From the NCBI GenBank assembly GCA_965218695.1, contig OZ244651.1, positions 2,368,001-2,432,000 of the forward strand: a DNA stretch of 64,000 bases, written 5' to 3'. The notes beneath the pieces are model-generated. The model was not told the origin of the DNA. It did not search any database and worked only from the letters and a program-made list of their open reading frames with translations. Position 1 is the first letter of the stretch. Every line of letters starts with the position of its first letter. Positions 37,838-47,916 of this stretch are shown here, piece after piece. The position numbers were made by a program, and so were the translations under genes. Origin of the DNA: Nitrosopumilus sp. (GTDB lineage Archaea > Thermoproteota > Nitrososphaeria > Nitrososphaerales > Nitrosopumilaceae).

Positions 37838-38942
37838 TATACTGACGATCAAAAGTTTGTGCACAATGCCTCATATTTTCGGCTGGTAAATTTGAGGATG
37901 TCAAGCTTGAACCTGGCGGTTCGATAATACAACGAAACTGCCCGGTGCATGTCCTGAAATGTCCGGTAATATTCCGAGACGAGCAGGACGCGCTTTCCTT
38001 GGTGCCAGCATTCCTCCATCGCGTTGAGGTACGGCGAGCCCTTTGGCAGATAGATCATCTTGACATCCCTGTTGCTGCGCAGAAATTCCTTTACCAGTTT
38101 TGAGCGGTGCTGCGGGGCCCGGTCTGCCGTCACTACCACCTTGCCAAAATGCCGGTGCAGATCCTTGAGGTATCTGACAAACGTGGGTCCGTCAAATTTC
38201 TCGTACGTCCGGAAAAACTGCCTGCCGTCTTTTGCGATCGAGCCGTACGCTGCGATCCTCTTGTGGCTGCCGGTGTACGGCACGCTTATGGGATGGCCCA
38301 CCAGGGACCAATATTTACGGCCGACTATCACGTCGTGTATGAAGATTGCCTCGTCCTCCATTACCGTGGTAAATCCCTCCTTTTCTAGGCGTGAAACGCG
38401 CTTGTTGAAGCGGTATTTCCAGTTCTGCACGGCCTTTTTGTTGGCCCTGTTAACATGGACTTTCCGTGGTGCCTTCGGGGACAGGCCGTACTGGTGCATG
38501 ATCTTCCTGACGTACGTGATGTGAAGCTTTACGCCCGTGTCATGGTGTATGTTCTGTTGCAGTTCCGAGGGCGTGATTTTATGGCATGCCGTCTTTGCAA
38601 TTATTCCGTCGATGACGTCTTGCGGGATCTTTCTGGGCCGTCCGCATCTGGGAAGATCACGGAGGCCTTGCAGGCCTCCGTCATCGAAGCGGCTCAACCA
38701 GTTGCGGACCCAGTTTGGGCTCCGTCCTTGGATGTCGGCAGTCTCCTCCACGGTCATGTTGAACACGCGAACCATGCGTACCGTGACCATCCTAGCCCGA
38801 ACCTTGTGGTCTTTTTCTTTTTTGCACGCTTTTTTTAGTTCTTCCAGTTTGGAGTCGTCCATGTCTCCATGAAAGAAAGTCTGATCTAGAAACTTTGCGG
38901 TTGGCTAGGGCATTTGCTCAAAGACTTTTGCGTGTCAGTATA
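37838..38942 (-). mobile_element. IS630 type 3, copy a
   Basis: Ends TATACTGAC / GTCAGTATA; appears identical to 59482-60586. Confidence 0.9.
37849..38862 (-). CDS. IS630 transposase (intact)
   Basis: EDEA, ADRAPQH and PYLNAMEECW motifs. Confidence 0.92.
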   Translation of the reverse strand: MDDSKLEELKKACKKEKDHKVRARMVTVRMVRVFNMTVEETADIQGRSPNWVRNWLSRFDDGGLQGLRDLPRCGRPRKIPQDVIDGIIAKTACHKITPSELQQNIHHDTGVKLHITYVRKIMHQYGLSPKAPRKVHVNRANKKAVQNWKYRFNKRVSRLEKEGFTTVMEDEAIFIHDVIVGRKYWSLVGHPISVPYTGSHKRIAAYGSIAKDGRQFFRTYEKFDGPTFVRYLKDLHRHFGKVVVTADRAPQHRSKLVKEFLRSNRDVKMIYLPKGSPYLNAMEECWHQGKRVLLVSEYYRTFQDMHRAVSLYYRTARFKLDILKFTSRKYEALCTNF

Positions 38943-39671
38943 AGCGGACATTAGCCTTACTCTGCCGGAACCATGCATCTCGAACTCAGGGCACGACCTG
39001 ACAATGGACAACAGATCTCCATAGCAATAGTGACGGGGATCAAAGTCTGGATGCGATACTCCAACTATTTGTGCAACCTGCGAGAGAAAAGCCCAGCCGT
39101 CCTCACGTGCGTAGTATGGAATGGCTTCCTTAATAGCCTCTTTTCAGTTAAACAGAGTCTCCCAAGAGGCAGCATCAAGACTAACCGATAGAGGTAGATC
39201 TTCCAAATTCTTGAAGACTGTGCATGTGTCCTTGAACGATATGTTCCTGTCTGAGCTGTCGATTCCCATCACGAAAACACTATCCGGGTGGATCCTCCTA
39301 ATCAAGCTGGCAAAATGGTTGTCGCTGGCTACGATGCAAAAACCGTTGACCTCTTCTCTGGAACAGAGCATCTCCACGGCGTCAATCGTAAGCGCAAAGT
39401 CCGCGGCATTACTACCCTCGGCATAGTTGGGAACAATCTTTATCCTATGTCGCCCAATACATTTCTCCCAGTCTGACAGTTTTTTGTAGTTGCCATAGAT
39501 ACGGCGTGTGACAACCGTACCATGCCGGCTTGCTTCAGACAGCACGCTCCCAAAGTATTCCGGATCCACAAAATCTCCGTCGATCAGTACGGCCAACCGG
39601 CGCGGGTCAGAAGCCATAACGTGACAATCACAAATCATCAATATACTGTTTTCGTCGGGAGTGGGACACAC
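38943..39671 (-). pseudogene. NYN-domain protein with OST-HTH/LOTUS domain, premature stop
   Basis: LAVLIDGD, AADFALTIDA and ASDNHF motifs; after TGA at 39144-39146 the frame continues DGWAFLSQV...PDFDPRHY. Confidence 0.8.
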
Positions 39672-39819
39672 GACGATCTCGTACCGACTCCGTCATTCCA
39701 GGCTCATGATCCTTTCTCAGTAAGGAACTGAATGGAATTTAACCGGAATTATTCGTTTTTTATGGTTTTTTATGGAATTTATGCTAATTTTGAGTATTTT
39801 TGCAGGCATGCATTACGCA

Positions 39820-41117
39820 TAGTGGACGACAGAATGTTTCGCTCATTTTGCCATGAGTGGCAAGTACCTGATATTCAAATTAAAACCCCGCCAGGACGAC
39901 ACGGCGTAAGCATGGTCCAAATGGTTTTGGTGCAAAAATTCCCGTGAAGATCCTTACGGCGTAAGGTACTTCATGAGTTTGACGGGTTTCATCTCGCCTG
40001 TTCTGATTATTCTCTTGACGGCGCCTGCAACCTCACCTGTAGTCTTGAACTGCCTTCCGGCAAGTATTCTCTTGAGCACCCTCCACTGGACCTCGATGGG
40101 GTTGAGCTGCGGGGTGTACGGCGGGAGGAATATCAGCCGCACGTCTCCTCCGGTGCCCTTCACAAAATTCTTCACCGTATCCGTCTTGTGATATGACGCG
40201 TTGTCCAAGACCATGACGAATCTTCCGTACGTCCGGCGCATGTCTTTTAGGAAATCTACGAACGTTTCGGAGTTTGTGGACTCGACTTCTTTTGCGTGGA
40301 TCCGGCCCAGGGCCAGCGCGCCAAACATCCGGACTGATCTCGTGCTGAACTTGACGCTTACCGTGCCTCTGCCTCCTATGGGCCTCCACCCGTATCCGGC
40401 GCCTGCCCCCAGCTGGACTGCAGCCTCGTCTCCTGCAAGCACGGCGTATCCGCGTGAAATTACGCCCAGGATCGTTCTTTTTGTCTTCTCCTTGAATTGC
40501 TCCTGCTCCTCGGTCGTGGCAGACTTGCGGGGCGCGGGCCGGGGTTTTGTGTATGAGAACCTGATCCGGTGCAGTGCCCGCTGTAGCGTGCGGATGCAGC
40601 CGAATGCGCAGATCCTGCTCCTGATTGCGTCGCGCACCATGCCCAAGCTCCACGACGCGGATGCGAATCCGAATTTGGACGGATCCTCGTACAGCCAGTT
40701 TCTTATCATCCTGACTGTGTGCTCGTCCAGTATCCTCTTTCTCCCGGTTGACTTTTTGTCAAACCTGCCGTTCAATCCATCTTGGACGAGCCGCACGAGC
40801 CACCCGCGGATGGTGGAGTACGGCCTCATCATGGAGCCGGATATGGCGCGCAGGCTCATTCCGTCTTTTCTCTTGCAGCACGCAACCAGTATGTCGCGCG
40901 CCTTGCCTGACGGCGTTTGGGAAATCATCCGGCGGATCTTGTCTTGGCTCACGTCTTGCAGGAATTGGTCGCCTTTGGGCAGCCTGTCATTCTTGTATGG
41001 CGTGTTTGAGAATATCACCCAGATTTTCAGCACGTTCTGGGATCAAAATCTTTCGGTGGGAAATAACACCCACTCAATTTACGCGCTTAAATGATCGAAA
41101 CATTTTGTCGTCCACTA
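39820..41117 (-). mobile_element. IS630 type 5
   Basis: About 29-bp TIRs TAGTGGACGACAGAATGTTTCGCTCATTT; TA target. Confidence 0.88.
39954..41033 (-). CDS. IS630 transposase (intact)
   Basis: GDEAA, LDNASYH and LPPYTPQLNPIE motifs. Confidence 0.9.
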   Translation of the reverse strand: MLKIWVIFSNTPYKNDRLPKGDQFLQDVSQDKIRRMISQTPSGKARDILVACCKRKDGMSLRAISGSMMRPYSTIRGWLVRLVQDGLNGRFDKKSTGRKRILDEHTVRMIRNWLYEDPSKFGFASASWSLGMVRDAIRSRICAFGCIRTLQRALHRIRFSYTKPRPAPRKSATTEEQEQFKEKTKRTILGVISRGYAVLAGDEAAVQLGAGAGYGWRPIGGRGTVSVKFSTRSVRMFGALALGRIHAKEVESTNSETFVDFLKDMRRTYGRFVMVLDNASYHKTDTVKNFVKGTGGDVRLIFLPPYTPQLNPIEVQWRVLKRILAGRQFKTTGEVAGAVKRIIRTGEMKPVKLMKYLTP

Positions 41118-41142
41118 CGCAATATAGTAGTATTTGGAGTAT

Positions 41143-41243
41143 TTTTGGGGCCTTTTCTGGGCATTTTGGGGCCTTTTCTGGGCATTTTGGGGCCTTTTCT
41201 GGGCATTTTGGGGCCTTTTCTGGGCATTTTGGGGCCTTTCTGG
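41143..41243. repeat. 21-bp tandem repeat, about 4.8 copies
   Basis: ttttggggccttttctgggca repeated head to tail with no spacers. Confidence 0.92.
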
Positions 41244-41817
41244 TACTTTTCCACATACACATTACACATGTCACCGCACCGTCTGCCCTTCCACCCTCCT
41301 TCCGCGCCTTCGCTCCGCTCGGCGCGGGTATCGCCTCCAAGACCACCACCCACAGGCCCGCGTCGCCTCTTCATCCGCGCCTGCGGCTTCGGCTCCGCTA
41401 AATCCCGGCCTGCGCCCCGGCGCGGCGAGCACCCCGTGACCATGGAGTCGGTAGCTACCATACCATGGCACCACGATACTGCCAAACGACCCGAGGGTGC
41501 GGCAGTGTCGAAGTTCGGCGACGCGACCGTCCAACCCGGCGGCGGTTCAAACCGGATGGGACATATCGCGATAAAGCATTTTAGGTTCCACCATATCTAC
41601 AAACCATATTGCATCATTCCAACAACAACTCTTGGAGGAATTACGCCCCGTGTCTACTGCCACGAGAATCTATCATCTCTTGTTGAGTCGTATCCGGAGT
41701 TTCAGGCACAAGAACTCGATCAGATGAGACTGCGTGCTGTAGAATTTTAGTGTGATAGACAAAGCAGTAATGTCCTGTGCCAAGAAATACATTTGCATTC
41801 TTACCATCTGACTCTGC

Positions 41818-42923
41818 TATAGTGAAAAGCAAAAATTCGTTCCAAGTTCAGCACCTCAGACCGAAAACTATGTAGATCATCTGGTCGCCTAACGCGGCAT
41901 GAGCAAAGTAACACGGGAAGAACTCGAAGCAGCATACAAAAAAGAAAAAGACCTCAGGGTGGGAGTCAGAATGCTTGCAGTGCACATGGTATATTTTCGC
42001 AAAGTGAGCATAGAGGATGCAGCCGTCAATCTTTTGCGATGCCCTCGATGGGTGCGCAACTGGCTGGAACGCTTCGAGAAGGGAGGCCTTGAAGGCCTCC
42101 TGGATCTTCCCAGATCCGGCAGGCCGCCCAAGATTTCGCCGGAAACAATGGACGGCATACTGGACAAGGTAGACAGGTTCAAGACCACTCCTGCCGAACT
42201 GCAACAGGTCATACACAAGGAAACGGGAACAAGGATGCACAGGACGAATGTCAGGAAAATCATGCAAAAATACGGCCTGTCTCCCAAGGGGTCGCAAAGG
42301 ATCCACATTAACAGGGCCACCAAAACGGCCGTAAAAAGTTGGCAATATCGCCTCAAAAAGAGAATTTCACGCCTAGAAAAGGACGGTTTTGTCCTGGCCG
42401 TGCAAGACGAGGCGTTCTTCATACACGACGTAAAATCGGGTCGCAAGTATTGGTCGCCTGTGGGGGTGCCAATAACCGTACCATATACTGGAAGCCACAA
42501 AAGAATTGCCGTGTACGGTTCAATCACGACGGACGGCAGGCAGTTCTTCAGGACTGCCAGCGGGTTTAATGCGCCCACATTTGTTGCCTATCTCAAGGCC
42601 ATGCAGAGGCATTTTGGGAAGGTGGCCGTCATGGTGGACAGGGCGTCCCCGCACCGCGCAAAAGCCGTCCGGACGCTGCTGCGCAAGAACAAGAACATCA
42701 GGATCATATACCTGCCAAAAGGCTCACCGCATCTCAACGCCGTGGAAGAATGCTGGCACCAGGGAAAACGGAACCTGCTTGTCTCAGAATACTACAAAAC
42801 CTTCTTGGACATGCACAGGGCCATCTCCCAGTATTATCGAACTGCGAGATTCAATCTGGATTTGATCAAATTCTTTAACAGAAAAGCCGAATTATTTTGC
42901 AAGAACTTTTGATCGCCACTATA
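41818..42923 (+). mobile_element. IS630 type 1, intact copy
   Basis: Same ends as the copy at 35356. Confidence 0.9.
41899..42912 (+). CDS. IS630 transposase (intact)
   Basis: QDEA, VDRASPH and LNAVEECW motifs. Confidence 0.92.
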   Translation: MSKVTREELEAAYKKEKDLRVGVRMLAVHMVYFRKVSIEDAAVNLLRCPRWVRNWLERFEKGGLEGLLDLPRSGRPPKISPETMDGILDKVDRFKTTPAELQQVIHKETGTRMHRTNVRKIMQKYGLSPKGSQRIHINRATKTAVKSWQYRLKKRISRLEKDGFVLAVQDEAFFIHDVKSGRKYWSPVGVPITVPYTGSHKRIAVYGSITTDGRQFFRTASGFNAPTFVAYLKAMQRHFGKVAVMVDRASPHRAKAVRTLLRKNKNIRIIYLPKGSPHLNAVEECWHQGKRNLLVSEYYKTFLDMHRAISQYYRTARFNLDLIKFFNRKAELFCKNF

Positions 42924-43579
42924 GTCACTCATTTCTGCATGAGATCCACGTTTTTTCTGTGCAGTCAACACAGGTTCCATGCCTGATGGTCACGAGTCTA
43001 AACGTCTTTGTACGTGTCTGCAAATGAGTTCATGTAATGGTCTTAGTAAAACTGATGACCGAACGGTTACCTGACACATTTGCAAAGTATCTGTATCTTC
43101 TGGATCACAAACATGTCACCAAAAGGCATTGTGCATAGAAACCACATAACCTGCCAAATTTTGGCAATTTGGACAGGGTTTGAAAAAAATGAACATTAAT
43201 TAGATCCTACATCATAGTATCACAAATGGATAAGCTGTTTTCAGAAAGAAATGGACTGGTAACACACAAGATGCAAATAGAATCGATGAACGAGGAGTTA
43301 CGAACCCGGTTGTGGAATGCCTTTTACGTATTCCTTATGAATCCCCATAAACGTATTATAGCTATATTTCTATGGACAAAATTTTTCAAATGGAAAATTG
43401 ATGAATATTCTCACAAAACGTCCGGAAATCTTATTAAAAAAGAATTTTTTGACATGCCGTGGTATCGAGTTTATGACCTCATAGAAGTTATTTACAAGTT
43501 TGATGCTGCCGGATCTGTTTATGGGACTCAAGAGAGACAAGTTCTGAATGAGATGAATAAGAATATTGAGCAATTCACT

Positions 43580-45105
43580 AGAAAATATGCGTAATCCAGA
43601 ATTTTTTCAAACTCCGCGTTGACATGTTAGCCCTGCTGTCAAAAATTTATGATCCATTCAATTAAAACCAAAATATGCCGGTTCATACTGTTGTCGAATC
43701 AGAAAACAAGCGACCTGCAAAAAGAGAATAAGGCTCTCAGAGACATGATCAAGCGCCAGGACGCTGACATCAAGCGCCAGGACGCTGACATCAAGCGCCA
43801 GGACGCAGCTGCCAGGCACGAGCAAAGCCTGTGGCGCACACGGGACGGTTCCGAATCCGGAGCCGCAGGAGAGCCCGCCCTGTTGCACCGCGTGGAGGTG
43901 CTTGACGACATCATCAGAGTCGGGAAGAAGCTTCATGACGCGACGCTGAAGTGCAGGGAACAGTTCCAATACATACTTGACAGGGCCGAGGCGTGGATAA
44001 GGCAAAGCGGCAAATCCCCACTCTTCAGGAATGACGAGACGAGGGCATCGGATCCCGGGAACCGCTGCAAGCTGTACCCAAGGCACGCGCTGCTCATGTC
44101 ACTGATGTACAAAAAGGGCAACCCCACGCAGGGCGTGCTTGCGGCATTCTTTGGAATAGACCAGGCAACCGTGTCCCGGTATATCGATGTACTAGACGAG
44201 GTGCTTGACGTGGCGCTGCCCACTGCTGCCAACATCTCAAAGGAGATGGCAGACACGGAGACAAAAGAGGATCTCAAAAAAATAATTTCCGGACCTGACG
44301 GGGGCATCATGATGATCGACGGCACGCACTGCCCCATACAGAGGCCGGACGAAAAACAGATGAGAAGCATGATGTATTCTGGCAAGAAGAAAAAGTTCAC
44401 CCTCAATACCACCGTGTGCATAAACGAAAACGGGGTGATAGTCGCCATATCCGACAGCACCGTGGGATCCGTCCACGACATCACGCTTCTCAGGGAGAGC
44501 CCGCTGCCATTTGGAAAGTGGTGGGACCGCATGTGCGACGAGAACACCCCCGAAGAGGACAGGGTCCACACCCTTACTGACCGCGGTTACAAGGGAATCG
44601 CAAAGGATATGCCCGGTACAAACACCCTGCAGCCGCACAAGAAGACCAAGAACCACAAGCGCTTTACAAAGGAGGAAGAAGAACACAACCACAAAATCAA
44701 TTCCGCCCGGGTAAAGGTAGAGCACTCCATTGGCAGGCTGAAGCGGTACGGCCGGCTTACCGCGCCATACAAGGGAAAGATTGGCGACTTTAACAGGGAA
44801 TTTAACATAATAACAGGGCTTGTAAACCTGGACCTCGTGTGGAACTACCTGGAGAAGGGACCCCCTTCAGGCGGCAATCTGGGGCCGGTAATAAACTGGG
44901 AACAGGCAAACGTCCCCGGCAGCGCCGTTTCAAACAATTAATTCCGTGCACATCGCGGTGCTGCAAGGCTGCGCACGTTATTTTGTATTTCTGGCAGGAC
45001 AGGATCCCCACATGGCTAACATGGCGATAATTAAATTAGAATTTTTAATATTTTCTGGTTTTTCTGGTTTAACCCAACGAAATGGAGGGATTACGCATGG
45101 CTTCT
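43580..45105 (+). mobile_element. IS5-family (ISL2-like) element, copy c
   Basis: TIRs AGAAAATATGCGTAATCC / GGATTACGCATGGCTTCT; flanks ACT and ATT do not match. Confidence 0.9.
43649..44941 (+). CDS. DDE_Tnp_4-type transposase
   Basis: Paralogue of 18759-20072. Confidence 0.92.
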   Translation: MIHSIKTKICRFILLSNQKTSDLQKENKALRDMIKRQDADIKRQDADIKRQDAAARHEQSLWRTRDGSESGAAGEPALLHRVEVLDDIIRVGKKLHDATLKCREQFQYILDRAEAWIRQSGKSPLFRNDETRASDPGNRCKLYPRHALLMSLMYKKGNPTQGVLAAFFGIDQATVSRYIDVLDEVLDVALPTAANISKEMADTETKEDLKKIISGPDGGIMMIDGTHCPIQRPDEKQMRSMMYSGKKKKFTLNTTVCINENGVIVAISDSTVGSVHDITLLRESPLPFGKWWDRMCDENTPEEDRVHTLTDRGYKGIAKDMPGTNTLQPHKKTKNHKRFTKEEEEHNHKINSARVKVEHSIGRLKRYGRLTAPYKGKIGDFNREFNIITGLVNLDLVWNYLEKGPPSGGNLGPVINWEQANVPGSAVSNN

Positions 45106-45601
45106 ATTGTAAAAGACGACAACATTACATTAGGCAAAGCATTAGATCGAATAAAAAAAATGGAAAAGTTAGCCGTTCCTCGTGCTTGGATTGATGTGTT
45201 CGATAGATTATATGGTCACACAAGCACAAATAGTTCTAGACATGCAGCCAGTCAAAACAGTGCTCAAATTCAGCAAGAAGAGGCTATACTTTTTTTGGTG
45301 ACATGTTCTGCTTTTGTAAACTATTTGAATAAAATCGTATTATTACAGTCATAGTCCAAACGCATGTGAATTGAGAGCATGTTCTGCAGCATAACACGGT
45401 AAAATCTATGCAGAATCACCACATATCAGAAAATTGCTTGTCACAAAATAAAAATAATAAAAACATGCCACAAATGACATATTTACAAACACAAAGACTT
45501 GCATGTTAAGTATTTTTAGCAGTGTTGGTTTGTGGGAGTTTGCTTTGTTTTTTCAACTATTTGTGTTGCGGTTATGACGTACTTCTATAACCGTGCGGAC
45601 A

Positions 45602-45857
45602 TATACTGAGGATCAAAAGTTCGTGCACAGGATCTCATATTTTCTGCTGGTAAGTTTGAGGAGGTCAAGATTGAACCGGATGGTTCGATAATACAACAAG
45701 ACTGCCCAGTGTATGTCTTGAAATGTTCGGTGGTATTCTGAGACTAGCAGAATGCACTTTCCCTGGTGCCAACATTCCTCCATCACGTTGAGGTACGAGG
45801 AGTCCTTTGGCAGATAGATCATCTTGACGTCCTTGTCGTTGTGCAGAAATTCTCTTA
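45602..45857 (-). pseudogene. IS630 3'-end remnant
   Basis: TATACTGAGGATCAAAAG end plus KMIYLPKDSSYLNVMEECWHQGK. Confidence 0.8.
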
Positions 45858-46239
45858 CCCCTTTGAGCGATGTTGCAGAACCAGGCATCCCAGATTTGGC
45901 AAATGAACTAAAACCAGACTGCAAGACGCGTCTGCACGGTTCCCCCGCGTCTGCACGACTCCCCACGGTTGGTGCATTAGAAGCCACAAGACAGCCAAGC
46001 GACCCCAGAGGGTTCGGGCGTTGGGTGGAACGCCGCTTTGAATCGGTGTTACTTTGAATCGATACCTCTTCGAGCCTTCAAATCTCGACCGTCGCCGGCC
46101 GGCCGGAACCTCTTGATTCCCAAGCGTGGAGGTCCTTGCCGGCCCTTGTTGAGCCTTATGGTCCGACCGTGATTCAGATTCAGGCAAAAGATCAACTGAC
46201 ATCGCGCGACGGGGCGCAAAAGAACAACTGATGGAGATT

Positions 46240-46824
46240 TTAGATCACCGGGATGCCAATTTCCTTGAGATAACAGTACGTGCCATCGTAAAACTTGCTA
46301 TCTCTAGTGTCGTCTGCGGGATCTCCTTCGGGCACGAAGATGATCATGCCTTCCCTAGCCCGTGTAAGCAAGACTCGGTACGCATTCTTTAGAAATCTCT
46401 GCTTGTATTCTTTGTTTATTTTGGTCCACTTGTCACCCCGAAACTCCCTGTACTGCCATGTATCTCCCACATACCGCAGATCCGCGTCCCACCCAATGCA
46501 CACCCAGTCAAGTTCCAGGCCCTGCACCTTAAACTCCGTGGCAGCGTACTCCAAGCTGCACGAGGAACGTGGATCCCTGCACGGGTTGAGGAACCAATGG
46601 GCGGCATCTATTGCCAGCTCTACGTATATCCCATGGGGCTTGAGGCGGTATGACTTTGCGGCCGCAACTATTCCAAACCTCCTGCTTCCCCGAGCCCGCG
46701 CCCGTAGCCATTTTTTTGTGGCTCCAAAATCTCGTGTGAGCACGATCGGATACTGGTCCATCCCATTCAGCATCCTCTTGGCCCCAGCATGGTCAAGATC
46801 CAGCAGGGATTTGACAAACGCAGA
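46240..46824 (-). pseudogene. DUF2075 (Schlafen group-3-like helicase) C-terminal fragment
   Basis: TEFKVQGLELDW and NAYRVLLTRAREG motifs; the 5' part is cut off at the IS630 end. Confidence 0.82.
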
Positions 46825-47916
46825 TATAGTGTCGATCAAAAGTTTTTTACATTTAGGGACTTTCTACAGATAAACTCCATTACATCAATCCTTGGACGCG
46901 CGGTCCTGAAATACTCCGACATCGCGTTGCGCATCTGCACTATCGTGGCATAGTACTCGGACACCAGCACGTTACGTTTTGCCTGGTGCCAGTACTCCTC
47001 CACGCCGCTAAGCTCGGGCGTTGCAGCTGGAAGCCACATGACCTTGATGTCGGGATTTTCCTTTAGAAATTTCATCACGATCCTTGACTTGTGTTGTGGC
47101 GCATTATCCATGATTACGACCACCTTTCCAAAATGCCTGACCAGATCCTTGAGATACTGCAGGACCGTCTCCTTGTCAAATTTTTCATGCGTCCTGAAGA
47201 ACTGCCTGCCGTCTGTTACAATGGAACCGTATGCCACCACCTTTCCGTGCCGTCCCTTGTATGTCGTGACAATCGGCTCGCCTTCTGGCGACCAATACTT
47301 TACGCCCGATGCCGGATCGTCTACAAATATGGCCTCGTCAAAGACGACTGGGAGAAAACCCTTCTCTTGCAGGCGTGAAATCCGCCTTTTGGCGTTGCGC
47401 TGCCACTGCCTGATCTTTTTGATCTCTGGCCTGTTGACGTGGATGCGCCGGGCCGTCTTGGCAGACAGGCCAAGCCTGTGCATTATCTTTGTGACGTTTG
47501 AAATGTGGTATGTCACCTTGAATTCTTTGCGTATGTTTTCTTTGAGCTGTTTTGGAGTTGTGATGCTGCCAGTCCTTGCTGCAAGTCCCGCAATCTTCTC
47601 AAGCCCGACCTTGGGCGGCCTGCCCGGGCGGGGCCTGTCTTCCAGGCCTGCAAGACCCTCGCTTTCAAAGTGCCGGACCCAGCTTGTGACAGTGTGCGGG
47701 TCGCAAAAGCACAGTGATGCCACCTCGGATACGCCCAGCCCCCTGATCTTGACCATGCAGACGGCGTGGATCCTACCCTTTATGGTTCCCCTCTTCTCTC
47801 TCTTGTAGGCCTGGATTAACAGCTTTTTGCTTTTTTCATCCATGTGGGCGGTAGTGCGGAGTGATCAAAAAATGTTACGCTCAGACTGACGTAGAAGACT
47901 TTTGATTGACACTATA
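46825..47916 (-). mobile_element. IS630 type 4
   Basis: TIRs TATAGTGTCGATCAAAAG / CTTTTGATTGACACTATA. Confidence 0.9.
46836..47843 (-). CDS. IS630 transposase (intact)
   Basis: FDEA, MDNAPQH and PELSGVEEYW motifs. Confidence 0.9.
   Translation of the reverse strand: MDEKSKKLLIQAYKREKRGTIKGRIHAVCMVKIRGLGVSEVASLCFCDPHTVTSWVRHFESEGLAGLEDRPRPGRPPKVGLEKIAGLAARTGSITTPKQLKENIRKEFKVTYHISNVTKIMHRLGLSAKTARRIHVNRPEIKKIRQWQRNAKRRISRLQEKGFLPVVFDEAIFVDDPASGVKYWSPEGEPIVTTYKGRHGKVVAYGSIVTDGRQFFRTHEKFDKETVLQYLKDLVRHFGKVVVIMDNAPQHKSRIVMKFLKENPDIKVMWLPAATPELSGVEEYWHQAKRNVLVSEYYATIVQMRNAMSEYFRTARPRIDVMEFICRKSLNVKNF

Larger units (their letters stand above)
43226..45354 (+). pseudogene. AbiJ-NTD4 / HEPN-like protein split by IS5, middle apparently deleted
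   Basis: N-part FSERNG..SMNEELRTRLWN..WYRVYDLIE (43226-43579); C-part TLGKAL..LYGHTS..SRHA..LVTCSAFVNYL (45106-45354). Confidence 0.75.

Noticed and set aside
41143-41243. CRISPR array
   Set aside because: The repeats are head to tail with no spacers, and there are no cas genes in the window.
41074-41750. Repeat-containing ORFs (KAPKCPE, GPFLGIL, WAFWGLF)
   Set aside because: Several frames stay open only because the 21-bp unit has no stops; no other coding evidence.
45860-46235. Possible ncRNA or gene with short direct repeats (CGCGTCTGCACG x2, CTTTGAATCG x2)
   Set aside because: No recognisable family or convincing structure; left unassigned.
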